64,000 bases of DNA from Geopsychrobacteraceae bacterium. GTDB lineage: Bacteria > Desulfobacterota > Desulfuromonadia > Desulfuromonadales > Geopsychrobacteraceae. The DNA lies in NCBI GenBank assembly GCA_963662315.1, contig OY759353.1, positions 1,888,001 to 1,952,000 of the forward strand, written 5' to 3'. Position numbers and translations under genes: made by a program. Below the pieces are notes generated by a model, which searched no databases, had not been told where the DNA came from, and saw only the letters and a list, made by a program, of their open reading frames with translations. Each line of letters begins with the position of its first letter. The first letter of the stretch is position 1. Of this stretch, positions 19,377 to 29,202 are shown in pieces.

Positions 19377-20975
19377 TTAAAGCGTGTCGGCCGTTGCGTG
19401 GCCAACATTGCGGGCCAACTGGTGAATGTTCCAAACGATGCGTTCAAACAGCTGCGTCACCCGCAGCAGCACAGCCTGACTGTCGCTCGTTGTCATTCGC
19501 GCTGAATCGCGTCGCGCCTGGCGCAGCCCCTTCATGATGCCACCGCGATCCAGAGTAAGTTCCAGCAGGGTCTGCACCTTGTCGTGGTCAGCCGCGCGCA
19601 GTAGGTCTTCGCACAGCCCAACAAGCAGGTCCAGACTTTCGGCAAAGGTTGCATAAAGCGAGCTGTGACGTTCCAGCTCCGGCAAACGTTCAACCAGTTC
19701 GTAGAGCTGTTCTTCCAGTTGTCCCAGCAGTTCGATCTCGGTTTTCAGATGGAGGATTGCTTCGCTTGACTCTGCCGATAGAGGTTGCTCCAGGCATTCT
19801 TCGACAAAATATTCAATTTCTCCCCGCAGCAGGGCAAAGGACTGGTGGCGTTCCACAAGCTCCAGTTTGATGGTGGGTCCCTGCGGTCGATGCAGGTGGC
19901 CAAGGTAGGGGCTAAAATGTTCCAGCAGACGGTGTTGTTCGTTACGAATCAGCTCGGGAAGTTCGGCCCCGTTGCCCGGCTCGACATGCAGCAGGTGCAC
20001 CAGCCGGGTCCATTCTTCCTGTGGCCGGGCCGGCCAGTAGCGCTGCAGCAGCGAGACCAGCAGTGACAGGCCCAGTGACAGTAGAATGGCGGCGCTATAG
20101 TTGAGCAGCAGATAAACAAGGGTCAGCTGAAACTCTAGCTTTGCAGCAAAACTTGTTGCCAGCGCTTTAACCAGTGGCATGCCCGCATACACTTCAAGAT
20201 AGAACAGCGGTAGCAGCACGACGACGGCAAACAGATTGAAGACCACCTGCCCCATGACCAGTTGCTTGGGGCTACCACGCAGGTGGCTTGACAGAACCCA
20301 GGTCAGCAGACTGCTGCCAGCATTGGCACCATAGATGATCATAATGGTCTGATTGATGTTCAGCACGCCGGATGTGGTCATGGTGATGGCCAGAATGGTA
20401 ATGGCTGTCGAAGACTGACAGATCATCGTTAACAGGGCACCGATGAGCAGCGCCAGTAAATACGAATCCGCGGCACCGGCCATCAGCTCGCCAAACCAGG
20501 GCTGTTGTGCAAAAGGAGCCGCACCCGCCTGCAGCATCTGCAGACCGAATAATAGCAGGGCCAGTCCGAACAGCAGCCGCAACTGCTTGCGGTAGCGCTC
20601 CAGGCCAGAAAAAATCAGCGCAACGCCACAGACTCCCAGCACATACAGGGTCACGAGGTCAACCTTCAGGAAGGCCACGAACACCAGCATGCCAATCCCG
20701 GCGTTGCCCCAGAGAATAACCGTGAGCGCATTGCGTACCTGCAGCAACCCGCTGGCGACCATGCCTGACATCAGCAGCGATAGCCCGCTCATCGACTGAA
20801 ACAAGGCGCCCATGATAAAGCCGGTGACCCCGCTGTACCATGGATTCTGCGCCCTAAGTGACAGCATCCGGCGTAACTTGCGGCCGCTCAGGTCCTGCAG
20901 CGCAGTCGTCAGTACCCCAGCACCGAAAAAGAACAGCCCCAGACCGGCCAGAATTTTGCCAATGGCTAACACCAT
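19377..20975 (-). CDS. Na+/Pi cotransporter family protein with helical PhoU-like C-terminus
   Basis: QSSTAIT and GANAGS motifs (first repeat degenerate: QSMSG, WGNAGI). Confidence 0.8.
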   Translation of the reverse strand: MVLAIGKILAGLGLFFFGAGVLTTALQDLSGRKLRRMLSLRAQNPWYSGVTGFIMGALFQSMSGLSLLMSGMVASGLLQVRNALTVILWGNAGIGMLVFVAFLKVDLVTLYVLGVCGVALIFSGLERYRKQLRLLFGLALLLFGLQMLQAGAAPFAQQPWFGELMAGAADSYLLALLIGALLTMICQSSTAITILAITMTTSGVLNINQTIMIIYGANAGSSLLTWVLSSHLRGSPKQLVMGQVVFNLFAVVVLLPLFYLEVYAGMPLVKALATSFAAKLEFQLTLVYLLLNYSAAILLSLGLSLLVSLLQRYWPARPQEEWTRLVHLLHVEPGNGAELPELIRNEQHRLLEHFSPYLGHLHRPQGPTIKLELVERHQSFALLRGEIEYFVEECLEQPLSAESSEAILHLKTEIELLGQLEEQLYELVERLPELERHSSLYATFAESLDLLVGLCEDLLRAADHDKVQTLLELTLDRGGIMKGLRQARRDSARMTTSDSQAVLLRVTQLFERIVWNIHQLARNVGHATADTL

Positions 20976-21023
20976 AGCTTCAGCCGCTAGCGCCGTGGCA
21001 ATATGGCTGTGCGGTCGGCAGCA

Positions 21024-21812
21024 TCATTGCCGCACCAACGCAGCGATACCACCTACATAATAAGGGGAGGAAAACAGAACCTTCTGCTTGCGTTCTTCCG
21101 AAATAGTGATACATGCCCCGATCATGTCGACCTTGTTGCTCATCAGTGCCGGAATCAGCCCGCCGAAATCCATGTCGACAACCTCCAGCGTCATCCCCAA
21201 CTGACGGGCAACGTAGTGAGCGAGTTCCAGATCGAAACCAACAACCGCCTGGCCCGGTCCGACAAAGGAAAATGGCTCGGTAACAGCGGCTGTTCCGAAG
21301 CGCAGGATACCGTTGCTTCCAGACAAGGGAATTTGCGGCATTGGTGCGGGAGCACCTTGTTCAGGAAGCCAGCGCTTGAGCATCTGGTCATAAGTTCCGT
21401 CCTGCTTCAGCGTCGCCAGAACCTGGTCGATCGCCTGCTGCAGAGTCTCTTCTCCCTTGCGCACGGCAAACCCGTAATTGTCGACGGTAATCATGCCGGG
21501 GAGCACCTTCAGCCCTTCATTTTTGGCGGCGATATTGCGCAGAATCGGCTCATCATAAGCCGCCGCATCGGCCTTCCCGTTTTTGACGGCAAGACAACCA
21601 TCAAGGACACTGTTGTAGTATTGAAATTTGGCCTGAGGGTATTTGCTCTGCACCAGCTGATCGGCGATGGTCCCTGTAGGAACGGCAAATTCCTTGTCTG
21701 CCAGCTGATCCAGGCTGATTACGGTTTCGCGCTGACTGCAGGCGCTGAACAGAAACAGCACGACCAGCAGGTAAACCGTCGGCCACACGACATTTTTTAC
21801 TTTGTTCAACAT
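21024..21812 (-). CDS. Amino acid ABC substrate-binding lipoprotein
   Basis: Lipobox FSAC; GFDLELA..DMDFGGLIPAL..KVDM..FSSPYY. Confidence 0.88.
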   Translation of the reverse strand: MLNKVKNVVWPTVYLLVVLFLFSACSQRETVISLDQLADKEFAVPTGTIADQLVQSKYPQAKFQYYNSVLDGCLAVKNGKADAAAYDEPILRNIAAKNEGLKVLPGMITVDNYGFAVRKGEETLQQAIDQVLATLKQDGTYDQMLKRWLPEQGAPAPMPQIPLSGSNGILRFGTAAVTEPFSFVGPGQAVVGFDLELAHYVARQLGMTLEVVDMDFGGLIPALMSNKVDMIGACITISEERKQKVLFSSPYYVGGIAALVRQ

Positions 21813-21842
21813 GGTTGTATTCCTTCCATTTTGTGATTGTTC

Positions 21843-23525
21843 TCAGTGCTCAAATTTAAATACAACTTCGCTTTTGCCGCTCTTTCGGCGCACCTTGATA
21901 TCGTCGGCATAAAACTTGACTAAAAAACCTGCCAACCGGCGGTGCGCATCGTCCGATTCCAACAGTTCCTCCGGGGTCGGCTGGCGAGCGTCCAGGAGCA
22001 GACTCTCCCCGTCATGGGTGAGCACCAGACCTAGCTGCAACTCGTCGAAAGTCGCTTCAAGCCTGACATCCCCCTCCGGGGCTAAACCATCAAGATACTG
22101 GCTGACGGCCGAAGCGGCCTGCCTGAGCACCTCTGGTCTGGCGCCCCATTGCCCGCCCTGGTTACCGAAAAAGTCAAACACCTGCTGGCTGATATCTTCG
22201 TTGTGGTCAATCACCACAGTTGCGCGCAGATGGATCCCGATCCGGAAAATCAGGTTAAGAATTACAGCGGAGAGAGCTCCGACCGAGAGCGACGAAGAGA
22301 AGACCACTCTAAGAAGGGGCGGCAAAGGCATAAAGGCTTCGGGGACCATGTCGGCCAATAAAGAGAAGATCAGGGACAGGCCAATAACAAAGGTCTTGCG
22401 GCTGTCGCTCATGCGTGACATGACAATCTGCATCCCGGCGACAATCATGAAGCTGACGGCAAAAATCAGGGTTGCTCCGACAACCGGACGCGGCATGACC
22501 GCCAGAACAAAACCAAGCTTCGGGAAAAAGGCCAGCGCAATCAGGATAGCGGCAATGAAATAGGAAATTCTACGGCTGGTCGCACCGGTGGCAATTGACA
22601 GGCCGATGTTGGCCGATGAACTCGACTGCCCCATGCCGCCAACCACACCCGCAGCCAGACACCCAACAGCATCGGCCAGAATTCCGCGGCGAATGTTCTG
22701 CATATCCGGTCGCTTCCAGCTGCTATCATTGATTTTCTGGCAGGTCGTCAAATCTCCCACTGTTTTCAGGGACGAGCAGAGAACGGCAATCAACAGCGGC
22801 AGCGCCAGGCTGATATCAAATGCCCAGCCGGGGTGATACTGGAAAGGAATCCAGAACAGCGGACCAGCTGTAGCCATTTTGAGGTCGTTAACAGTTAAAG
22901 CACCAAAGGCAACGGCAATTAGATAACCGGACACCATGCCGATCAACACGCAGAACAGCTTCAACTTGCCTTTGGTCCAAACATTCAACGCCACCATGAT
23001 CGATAGCGTCAGTCCACCAACCCAGAGGGATTGGGGGTTGATGCGCAGCTCCTGGTCGAGGCCCAAAAAGCTACTCCCCGCAACCTTGATCACGGTGATA
23101 CCGACCAGAGAAATAATCAGCCCGGTCACCTCGGCCGGAAACAGAAAACGCAAACGATGAAGTACCCGTGAGAAAAGCGCCTCAAGCAGCCCGGCGAACA
23201 GGTTCAGCCCAAACACAAGAGGCAGACCACCGGTCTTGGCGGCAATGATTGAGGTCGCCAGAAAGGAAGGTCCGCAAACCTGAGGGCAGAGGTAGCCACT
23301 GCCAATACGGGGCAGCGCTTGCACCAAAACACCGATTCCACCGGCCAGCATCGACATGCTGACCATAAATGCGGCCTGCTCAGTTGTTCCGCCGATTTCA
23401 CGCACCAGCATGACGGGAAAGACAAAGGCAATGGCAATGACCGAGACATGCTGCAAACCCAGAAAAACGCCGATAATTGACGGAATCCTGTCGTTCAGTG
23501 CGTAAATGATGTTGGAGGGTCGCAT
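21843..23525 (-). CDS. NCS2 xanthine/uracil permease with ~130-aa C-terminal extension
   Basis: GLQH, SSSANIGLSIATGATSR NAT-like motif, MPRPVVG. Confidence 0.88.
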   Translation of the reverse strand: MRPSNIIYALNDRIPSIIGVFLGLQHVSVIAIAFVFPVMLVREIGGTTEQAAFMVSMSMLAGGIGVLVQALPRIGSGYLCPQVCGPSFLATSIIAAKTGGLPLVFGLNLFAGLLEALFSRVLHRLRFLFPAEVTGLIISLVGITVIKVAGSSFLGLDQELRINPQSLWVGGLTLSIMVALNVWTKGKLKLFCVLIGMVSGYLIAVAFGALTVNDLKMATAGPLFWIPFQYHPGWAFDISLALPLLIAVLCSSLKTVGDLTTCQKINDSSWKRPDMQNIRRGILADAVGCLAAGVVGGMGQSSSSANIGLSIATGATSRRISYFIAAILIALAFFPKLGFVLAVMPRPVVGATLIFAVSFMIVAGMQIVMSRMSDSRKTFVIGLSLIFSLLADMVPEAFMPLPPLLRVVFSSSLSVGALSAVILNLIFRIGIHLRATVVIDHNEDISQQVFDFFGNQGGQWGARPEVLRQAASAVSQYLDGLAPEGDVRLEATFDELQLGLVLTHDGESLLLDARQPTPEELLESDDAHRRLAGFLVKFYADDIKVRRKSGKSEVVFKFEH

Positions 23526-23599
23526 GGCAGATTATCCTTATGCACGTGGTACGAACGGTCACAACGAGTGAATTTTCTCCTTGCACTGCAACGTAAAAT

Positions 23600-23691
23600 G
23601 ACAAAGTCGAACGAAAGTCGCCCTATTGGAAATTTTTATTAAATTTTTTCTAAAAATACCGGACTCCGGACGACTTTTATTTGACTTTGTC
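23600..23691. promoter_or_regulatory. Pair of oppositely oriented 21-bp boxes, each AAAGTC x2 at 11-bp period (putative OmpR-family sites)
   Basis: gacaaagtcgaacgaaagtcg (23600-23620) vs reverse complement of 23671-23691 gacaaagtcaaataaaagtcg, 18/21 identical. Confidence 0.65.
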
Positions 23692-23746
23692 CCTGTAGAG
23701 TTTGTGCCAAACAGGATGAAGAACATATGCTCAAAAGGAGATAACG

Positions 23747-24421
23747 ATGACAGACAAGACGTTGTTGAAAATTTTTCTGATTTTACTTTTTTCTTTAGCT
23801 CCGCTGATCGCTTCCGCAGACACCTTTCAGGGGCCATTTACCCAACTGGGTATCTCCGTTTCCAAGACCAAAACGCAGGTCGATTTCCCCAATTGGTTTC
23901 GCACCGATATTGACGACACCAGCGTCAACGGCAAAGTGACCGCCGGCTACGCCCACAACTTCGGCCGCTTTGCCCTAGCCGGGCAGCTTTACTATACCCT
24001 GGGCAAGCAGGAGTCCGGCAGCACCACCCAGCGCTATCATGAGAGCGAAGAGGTCAGCACCCTGTCCTTTGAGCTCAACAACAGCTGGGGAATCGAGCTG
24101 CAACCGGGGATCGTTTTTAACGACACGACCCTGATCTATCTGAGTATCGGCTATGCCCGTACAACCGGCGAATGGGTGCTGACCCGTCCCTATTATCAGG
24201 ATCACTATTCCGACCACGTCGATTTTGACGGCTACAGTCTGGGTGCAGGCATCAAGCAGCAGCTGACATACATCAGCCCTCACCTGTATGCTTTTGCCGA
24301 GGTTCAGAAAACCTGGTACGAAGAAGAGGCCGCACCGGCAACCATTGCACAAAGCTCATTTGTCGATTACTACAAACCAGAGCTGTTACAGGCCACAATC
24401 GGCATCGGCTGGCACTTTTAA
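23747..24421 (+). CDS. Outer membrane beta-barrel protein
   Basis: Signal peptide (..ASA), amphipathic strands, C-terminal IGIGWHF; AGGAG RBS. Confidence 0.8.
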   Translation: MTDKTLLKIFLILLFSLAPLIASADTFQGPFTQLGISVSKTKTQVDFPNWFRTDIDDTSVNGKVTAGYAHNFGRFALAGQLYYTLGKQESGSTTQRYHESEEVSTLSFELNNSWGIELQPGIVFNDTTLIYLSIGYARTTGEWVLTRPYYQDHYSDHVDFDGYSLGAGIKQQLTYISPHLYAFAEVQKTWYEEEAAPATIAQSSFVDYYKPELLQATIGIGWHF

Positions 24422-24704
24422 TGGTTTTCAAAAAGTCTGTTTACGCGTGGAGGATTGTCGGAGTCTCCACACATTGAGAAACGCAAGAGTTTTTAAAAAT
24501 TGGGTTGAGTGAAATGGGACTCAAATACGTAGAAAGATCTATAATTTCGTAAGTTTTATGACAAATGCCCCAGGACATGTCCAGGGGCATGACTGCTTCA
24601 AATTGCGGACCTGTTCAAACACATAAGCCGTCGATATAGAGCCAACAGCTTTGACCTTTCATAGATTTTTTATATGATTTTTATTAATTATTGACCAATC
24701 TTTT

Positions 24705-25415
24705 ATGATCAAGCAGAGTTACGCCATGAACTATTTTGATATGCTGAAAAATATGACTGTCCTGCTGGCAGATGACGATACGATCTTTCGTGACAGTCTG
24801 AGTAACAGTCTGAATGTCTTTGTCGAGCGAGTCATTACTGTTGCTGACGGCAGGGCTGCCCTTGAACGGTTTGCCAGCGGGGTTGCGGATATCGTTATTC
24901 TTGATATTAGCATGCCGCTCCTGAACGGTCTTGATGTTGCCAGAAAAATTAGAGAGAAGGACAGTGTTACACCGCTGTTTATCATCACCTCCTTCAACGA
25001 TACAGAATACTTAAGAAATGCTATACCACTGCAATTGGTCGAGTACCTGATTAAACCATTGACTTTCGACCAGCTGCAGAATGCCCTGATCAAATGCGTC
25101 AAGTACCTGGAAAAGCAAGGGAAGCTATCCTACAGTATCAATCAGCAGACCAGCTACAACAAACTTTCTGGCGAATTAAAGGTTGATGGGGGTACTCCCG
25201 TTGTCCTTCCGAAACGGGAGAAACTGCTGCTGGATCTGTTGCTGCAGAATAGAAATCGCCTGCTGGAAAAAAGCTTCCTTGAAGATTATCTCTTTGAATT
25301 CGATTGTACGGACACTTCGCTTAAAAACCTCATTTACCGCCTCAAAAAAAAACTTCCGGCAGAACAGATCATAAATGTCCGCGATCTGGGTTACATGTTT
25401 GTCGATGGCAAATAA
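24705..25415 (+). CDS. OmpR-family response regulator
   Basis: LLADDD, ILDISMP..GL, YLIKP; winged helix LKNLIYRLKKK..GY; start may be slightly downstream. Confidence 0.9.
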   Translation: MIKQSYAMNYFDMLKNMTVLLADDDTIFRDSLSNSLNVFVERVITVADGRAALERFASGVADIVILDISMPLLNGLDVARKIREKDSVTPLFIITSFNDTEYLRNAIPLQLVEYLIKPLTFDQLQNALIKCVKYLEKQGKLSYSINQQTSYNKLSGELKVDGGTPVVLPKREKLLLDLLLQNRNRLLEKSFLEDYLFEFDCTDTSLKNLIYRLKKKLPAEQIINVRDLGYMFVDGK

Positions 25416-27315
25416 TGCGCTAAAACAGCTTTCAATCGCCTTCCTCATGGTGCTGCTTGCCTTCTCTGTTGCACAAGCTGCATTGTCATTGGATCATAAA
25501 ATATCTGAAGTTGTGATCGACACTGCCCAATTGGACGTCTATGTCGATAAAACAGATAATACCCCGGCAGCCGAGGTTCTGAGTCGACAGGATCGCTATT
25601 TTACCAAGGAAGAAACAAGTACTTATCCCTTCTCCAATGCCACGGTCTGGACCCGGACCCATTTGATCAATGTCACTGATGAGCCGTTACAATTTTACCT
25701 GCTCAACGATTTTGTCGCCCATGATCAGGTTGACATCTACCTCATCTCCGGCGGCCAGGTGGTCGCCAGCTATCTGTTCGGAGATACGAGACCGGTGAAT
25801 AGCGAAGAGGTGCTCAACCGCTTTGCCAATGCTCCCATCAGGCTTGCTGCCCATGAAACGCTCGAGGTTGTGGCGCGCTATCATTCGACATCACCAGTCC
25901 ATATCAAGACGCTTTTGCTGAGCAAAAAAGGCTATGCACGCTTTGCCATCATGGATCTGTCGATCTGGGGAATCTTCATCGGCACTATTCTGGCGTTGGC
26001 TATTTACAACCTGATGATGTTCATTTCACTGAAGAATGTTGCGTTTCTCTATTACGTCCTCAACTGTTCAACAAACCTCTATAATACCCTGACCAGTTCA
26101 GGGCATATTTACGCCTGGCTAAGCCCCTTTCTGCCCTTGTCTCTGTTGAATCTCAGCTACAACAAAATAGCACCATCCCTTGGCATAATTTTCATGTGCC
26201 TGTTCATTATCAGTTTCTTCGAGCTGAAAAAAACCAGCCGCTGGCTCTACCGAATGAACCAGGCGAACGGAGCAATCGCAGCAATACTTTTACTGTCTCT
26301 ACCTTTTCTCTATTTCAGCGGAAACATACTGATATATAGCCGCCTGTCCTCTGTGCTTTTACCGCTGTCACTTTTGATTATGCTTGTTTCCGCCATCGCC
26401 ATTGCCTGGAAAAAGTTGTTCGGCGGTATTTATTTCCTGCTCGGAGCCGGTCTCTTTTTTATCGCAACACTCTGCTATATTTTTTACTTCGTTGGGTTCG
26501 TCGATTTCTCCAGTTCGATTACCTACGCCCTGCCGCTGAGCCGGGCCGCTGAAGCGATCCTCTTTTCCATGGCTTTGGGCAAGAAGATCAAACAGATCGA
26601 GGCCGAACGCCTGGAAAATGCTTTTTTGGTTGAGCAGAGTAACAAATTCAATTCGACAAGCTCACTGCTGGCAGGAATTCTTCATCAGTTCAAGCAGCCG
26701 CTGATCTATCTCGGAGCCGAGCTGCTGAATCTGCGGACCGAACGCTTTAGAAACGGAGCCACAGACAGTAAAACGGAACAGAGTCTTGGCCACATGGAGG
26801 GTCAGGTTGCGACAATGAATGGTCTGGTCGGGAATTTTTACAATTTCTACGCCCAGGAAGCTGGTGAGGATGAATTTTCCCTCGCCGGTGCTGTCGCTAA
26901 AGTCTGTAATTTGCTGGAAGCGTCTTTTAAAGCTTATGGGATCAGCGTACATGTGACATGCGCCGAGACCCGCGTTCATTCAAGTGAAAAGGCGCTGACT
27001 CAGGTGATGATGATTGTGCTGGAAAACGCCATAGAAGTCCTGGTGGAGCGCAAGGTTCAGCAACCAACCATCTGGATTGATGGTCAGCAAGACGAACAGG
27101 TAGTACTGCGCATCTGTGACAATGCTGGGGGCGTCAAACCGGAACATATCGACAAGGTTTTTAATCTTCATTATAGCCGCAAACAAAAATGCGGCCTTGG
27201 GATTGGCTTGGCCCTGGCCAAAAAGCTCGCAGAGACCAGACTCAACGGCAATCTTAGCATCTGTAACGATTCACAGGGCGCCTGTTTCATATTGGTCTTT
27301 AAGTCGGTAAAATAG
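25405..27315 (+). CDS. 7TM-DISM sensor histidine kinase
   Basis: Periplasmic DISMED2-like region, LAIYNL 7TM region, H-box HQFKQPL, ENA, DNAGG, GLGIGL. Confidence 0.88.
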   Translation: MANNALKQLSIAFLMVLLAFSVAQAALSLDHKISEVVIDTAQLDVYVDKTDNTPAAEVLSRQDRYFTKEETSTYPFSNATVWTRTHLINVTDEPLQFYLLNDFVAHDQVDIYLISGGQVVASYLFGDTRPVNSEEVLNRFANAPIRLAAHETLEVVARYHSTSPVHIKTLLLSKKGYARFAIMDLSIWGIFIGTILALAIYNLMMFISLKNVAFLYYVLNCSTNLYNTLTSSGHIYAWLSPFLPLSLLNLSYNKIAPSLGIIFMCLFIISFFELKKTSRWLYRMNQANGAIAAILLLSLPFLYFSGNILIYSRLSSVLLPLSLLIMLVSAIAIAWKKLFGGIYFLLGAGLFFIATLCYIFYFVGFVDFSSSITYALPLSRAAEAILFSMALGKKIKQIEAERLENAFLVEQSNKFNSTSSLLAGILHQFKQPLIYLGAELLNLRTERFRNGATDSKTEQSLGHMEGQVATMNGLVGNFYNFYAQEAGEDEFSLAGAVAKVCNLLEASFKAYGISVHVTCAETRVHSSEKALTQVMMIVLENAIEVLVERKVQQPTIWIDGQQDEQVVLRICDNAGGVKPEHIDKVFNLHYSRKQKCGLGIGLALAKKLAETRLNGNLSICNDSQGACFILVFKSVK

Positions 27316-27435
27316 AGGGTAAGTAAAATCTTCAGGGACAGATACTCGCTGATTGTTCAGTTTTCCGTAGCGTGACAGATCAGCAAGCAGTTGATTTGAC
27401 ATGCATTTTTCCAGTCATTCTAGCAGGGTCGCTCA

Positions 27436-28782
27436 ATGAAAAAGATTTGGTCGCTTTCCATGATTATCTTCCCCCTGCTGCTGATTCTGTTGCTGCCTAT
27501 CACCGGTTGCGCTCCTCGCCTGACCGATACACAGATAGCCGACCTGCAACGTCTGCCACAGGACCCTGCAGCATATCTTGACCCGGAGACAGCTGACCGG
27601 CCGCTCTTTTCAAAGGAGACCCAGCAGGCACTGGCGGCAGAGCTGCTGGCAAACATTTTCGCTCCCTGGCAGGCGTCGACACCTCTCGAAACAACCCTCA
27701 CCCCTTATTGGGCGGCTGATTGGCTCCGGCAAAATGCCGCCTATGGTATCAACCTGCAACCACTCACCGCAGCAGAGCGCGAGACCCTGATCGCCAGAGC
27801 CGCTCCGGAACACTATCCCAGTCTCGACCGCAACGCGATCAGTCTGCACCGTTGCAACCTTCGGGCATTGCCAACGCGGCACCCCGTGTACAAGGATCCG
27901 GATCGACCGGGGGAGGGATTTCCCTTCGATGTCCTGCAGCATTCGGCCTTAGCAGCCAACAGCCCCCTGCACGTCACGCACCGCTCAAGCGACGGGGACT
28001 GGGTATTTGTCGAAACGGTTCAGAAGTATGGCTGGCTGCCAATGACGGACATTGCCTGGGTTGATGACGCTTTTATGAAACGCTTTCGGACGGGTCACTA
28101 CCTGGCCGTCACGGCTGAACGGGTCGCGGTTACCGATGCCACAGGAACCTTTAGATTTCGGACTGGTATCGGCAGTATTCTGCCAGCCACCGGGGTGAGG
28201 AATGCGGAAATCCTGATCGCTGTCGCAGATGAACAGCGTCAGGCGCAACTGGCTACAGCGCAACTTCCCGCCGGAACGAGTGCCCCTTTCCCATTGCAAC
28301 CGACGCCGCAGCAACTGGCCACCCTAATAGCCCCCTTACTCGGTCAGCCCTACGACTGGGGCGGTCAGTTCGGCCAGCGAGACTGTTCTGCCACCATTCA
28401 GGATCTGTTCGCACCTCTTGGCTTATGGCTGCCGCGGAATTCCTCAAAACAGGCCGAAGTGGGCCGCGTGCAATCCCTGGCCGACGTTCCCTCTGCGCAG
28501 CGGGAAAACCTTTTGCTGAGGGAAGGCGTCCCTTTTCTCACCTTGGTCGCCATGCCCGGTCACATCATGCTTTACCTCGGAGAAGCTGGTGGCCACGCTG
28601 TGCTGCTGCATACCATCTGGGGGTTACGGACCACAAGCATATTGGGGCAGGAAGGTCGCTGGCGGATCGGTAGAACCGTCATCACAACTCTTGAGCCAGG
28701 AAAAGAGAAAAACTCCCTCTCGTATTCGATCACCAGCCTGCGCGATCGACTTACCAGCATGAACCAATTGATTGAAGAGTAG
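27436..28782 (+). CDS. SH3 plus NlpC/P60 cell-wall endopeptidase lipoprotein
   Basis: Lipobox ITGC; GQPYDWGG..RDCSA, LPRNS, GHIMLY. Confidence 0.88.
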   Translation: MKKIWSLSMIIFPLLLILLLPITGCAPRLTDTQIADLQRLPQDPAAYLDPETADRPLFSKETQQALAAELLANIFAPWQASTPLETTLTPYWAADWLRQNAAYGINLQPLTAAERETLIARAAPEHYPSLDRNAISLHRCNLRALPTRHPVYKDPDRPGEGFPFDVLQHSALAANSPLHVTHRSSDGDWVFVETVQKYGWLPMTDIAWVDDAFMKRFRTGHYLAVTAERVAVTDATGTFRFRTGIGSILPATGVRNAEILIAVADEQRQAQLATAQLPAGTSAPFPLQPTPQQLATLIAPLLGQPYDWGGQFGQRDCSATIQDLFAPLGLWLPRNSSKQAEVGRVQSLADVPSAQRENLLLREGVPFLTLVAMPGHIMLYLGEAGGHAVLLHTIWGLRTTSILGQEGRWRIGRTVITTLEPGKEKNSLSYSITSLRDRLTSMNQLIEE

Positions 28783-28799
28783 TCTTTTTATCAACAAGC

Positions 28800-28836
28800 A
28801 AAAAGCCGCTTCTGTAACAGAAACGGCTTTCTTTTT
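28800..28836. terminator. Bidirectional intrinsic terminator
   Basis: aaagccg.ttctg/cagaa.cggcttt hairpin with A and T tails between convergent genes. Confidence 0.7.
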
Positions 28837-28839
28837 AGT

Positions 28840-29187
28840 TTATTTGGTCCGGCTGTTCTTCTCTTCAATTCCGGACAAGCCAAAGCGGCGCCGCAGTTCA
28901 GCATATATCTGCTCCGGTTCAATCTCGTAATACCCCTGCAACACCAGAACGTGAAAAAACAAATCGGCTATTTCGTAAACAACTTCCTGCTTCTCGCCAC
29001 CTTTGCCGGCTATGGCGGTTTCGGTTGCTTCTTCACCAATTTTACTGAGGATTTTATCCAATCCTTTATCAAACAGGGACTTGACATAGGATTTATCCCC
29101 GTCGGCCAGATTTTTACGTTCCAGGACAATCTGGTAGATCGCCTCAAGAATATCCTGATGATCAGGGGAGGTGTTACGGTCACTCAT
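28840..29187 (-). CDS. hisE: Phosphoribosyl-ATP diphosphatase
   Basis: SYVKSLF..KIGEEATE..EIADLFFH. Confidence 0.93.
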   Translation of the reverse strand: MSDRNTSPDHQDILEAIYQIVLERKNLADGDKSYVKSLFDKGLDKILSKIGEEATETAIAGKGGEKQEVVYEIADLFFHVLVLQGYYEIEPEQIYAELRRRFGLSGIEEKNSRTK

Positions 29188-29202
29188 GAATCGGTCCCTT
29201 CC

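Noticed and set aside
24565..24590. Palindrome atgccccaggacatgtccaggggcat
   Set aside because: Single copy with no adjacent transposase; REP, operator or terminator cannot be distinguished
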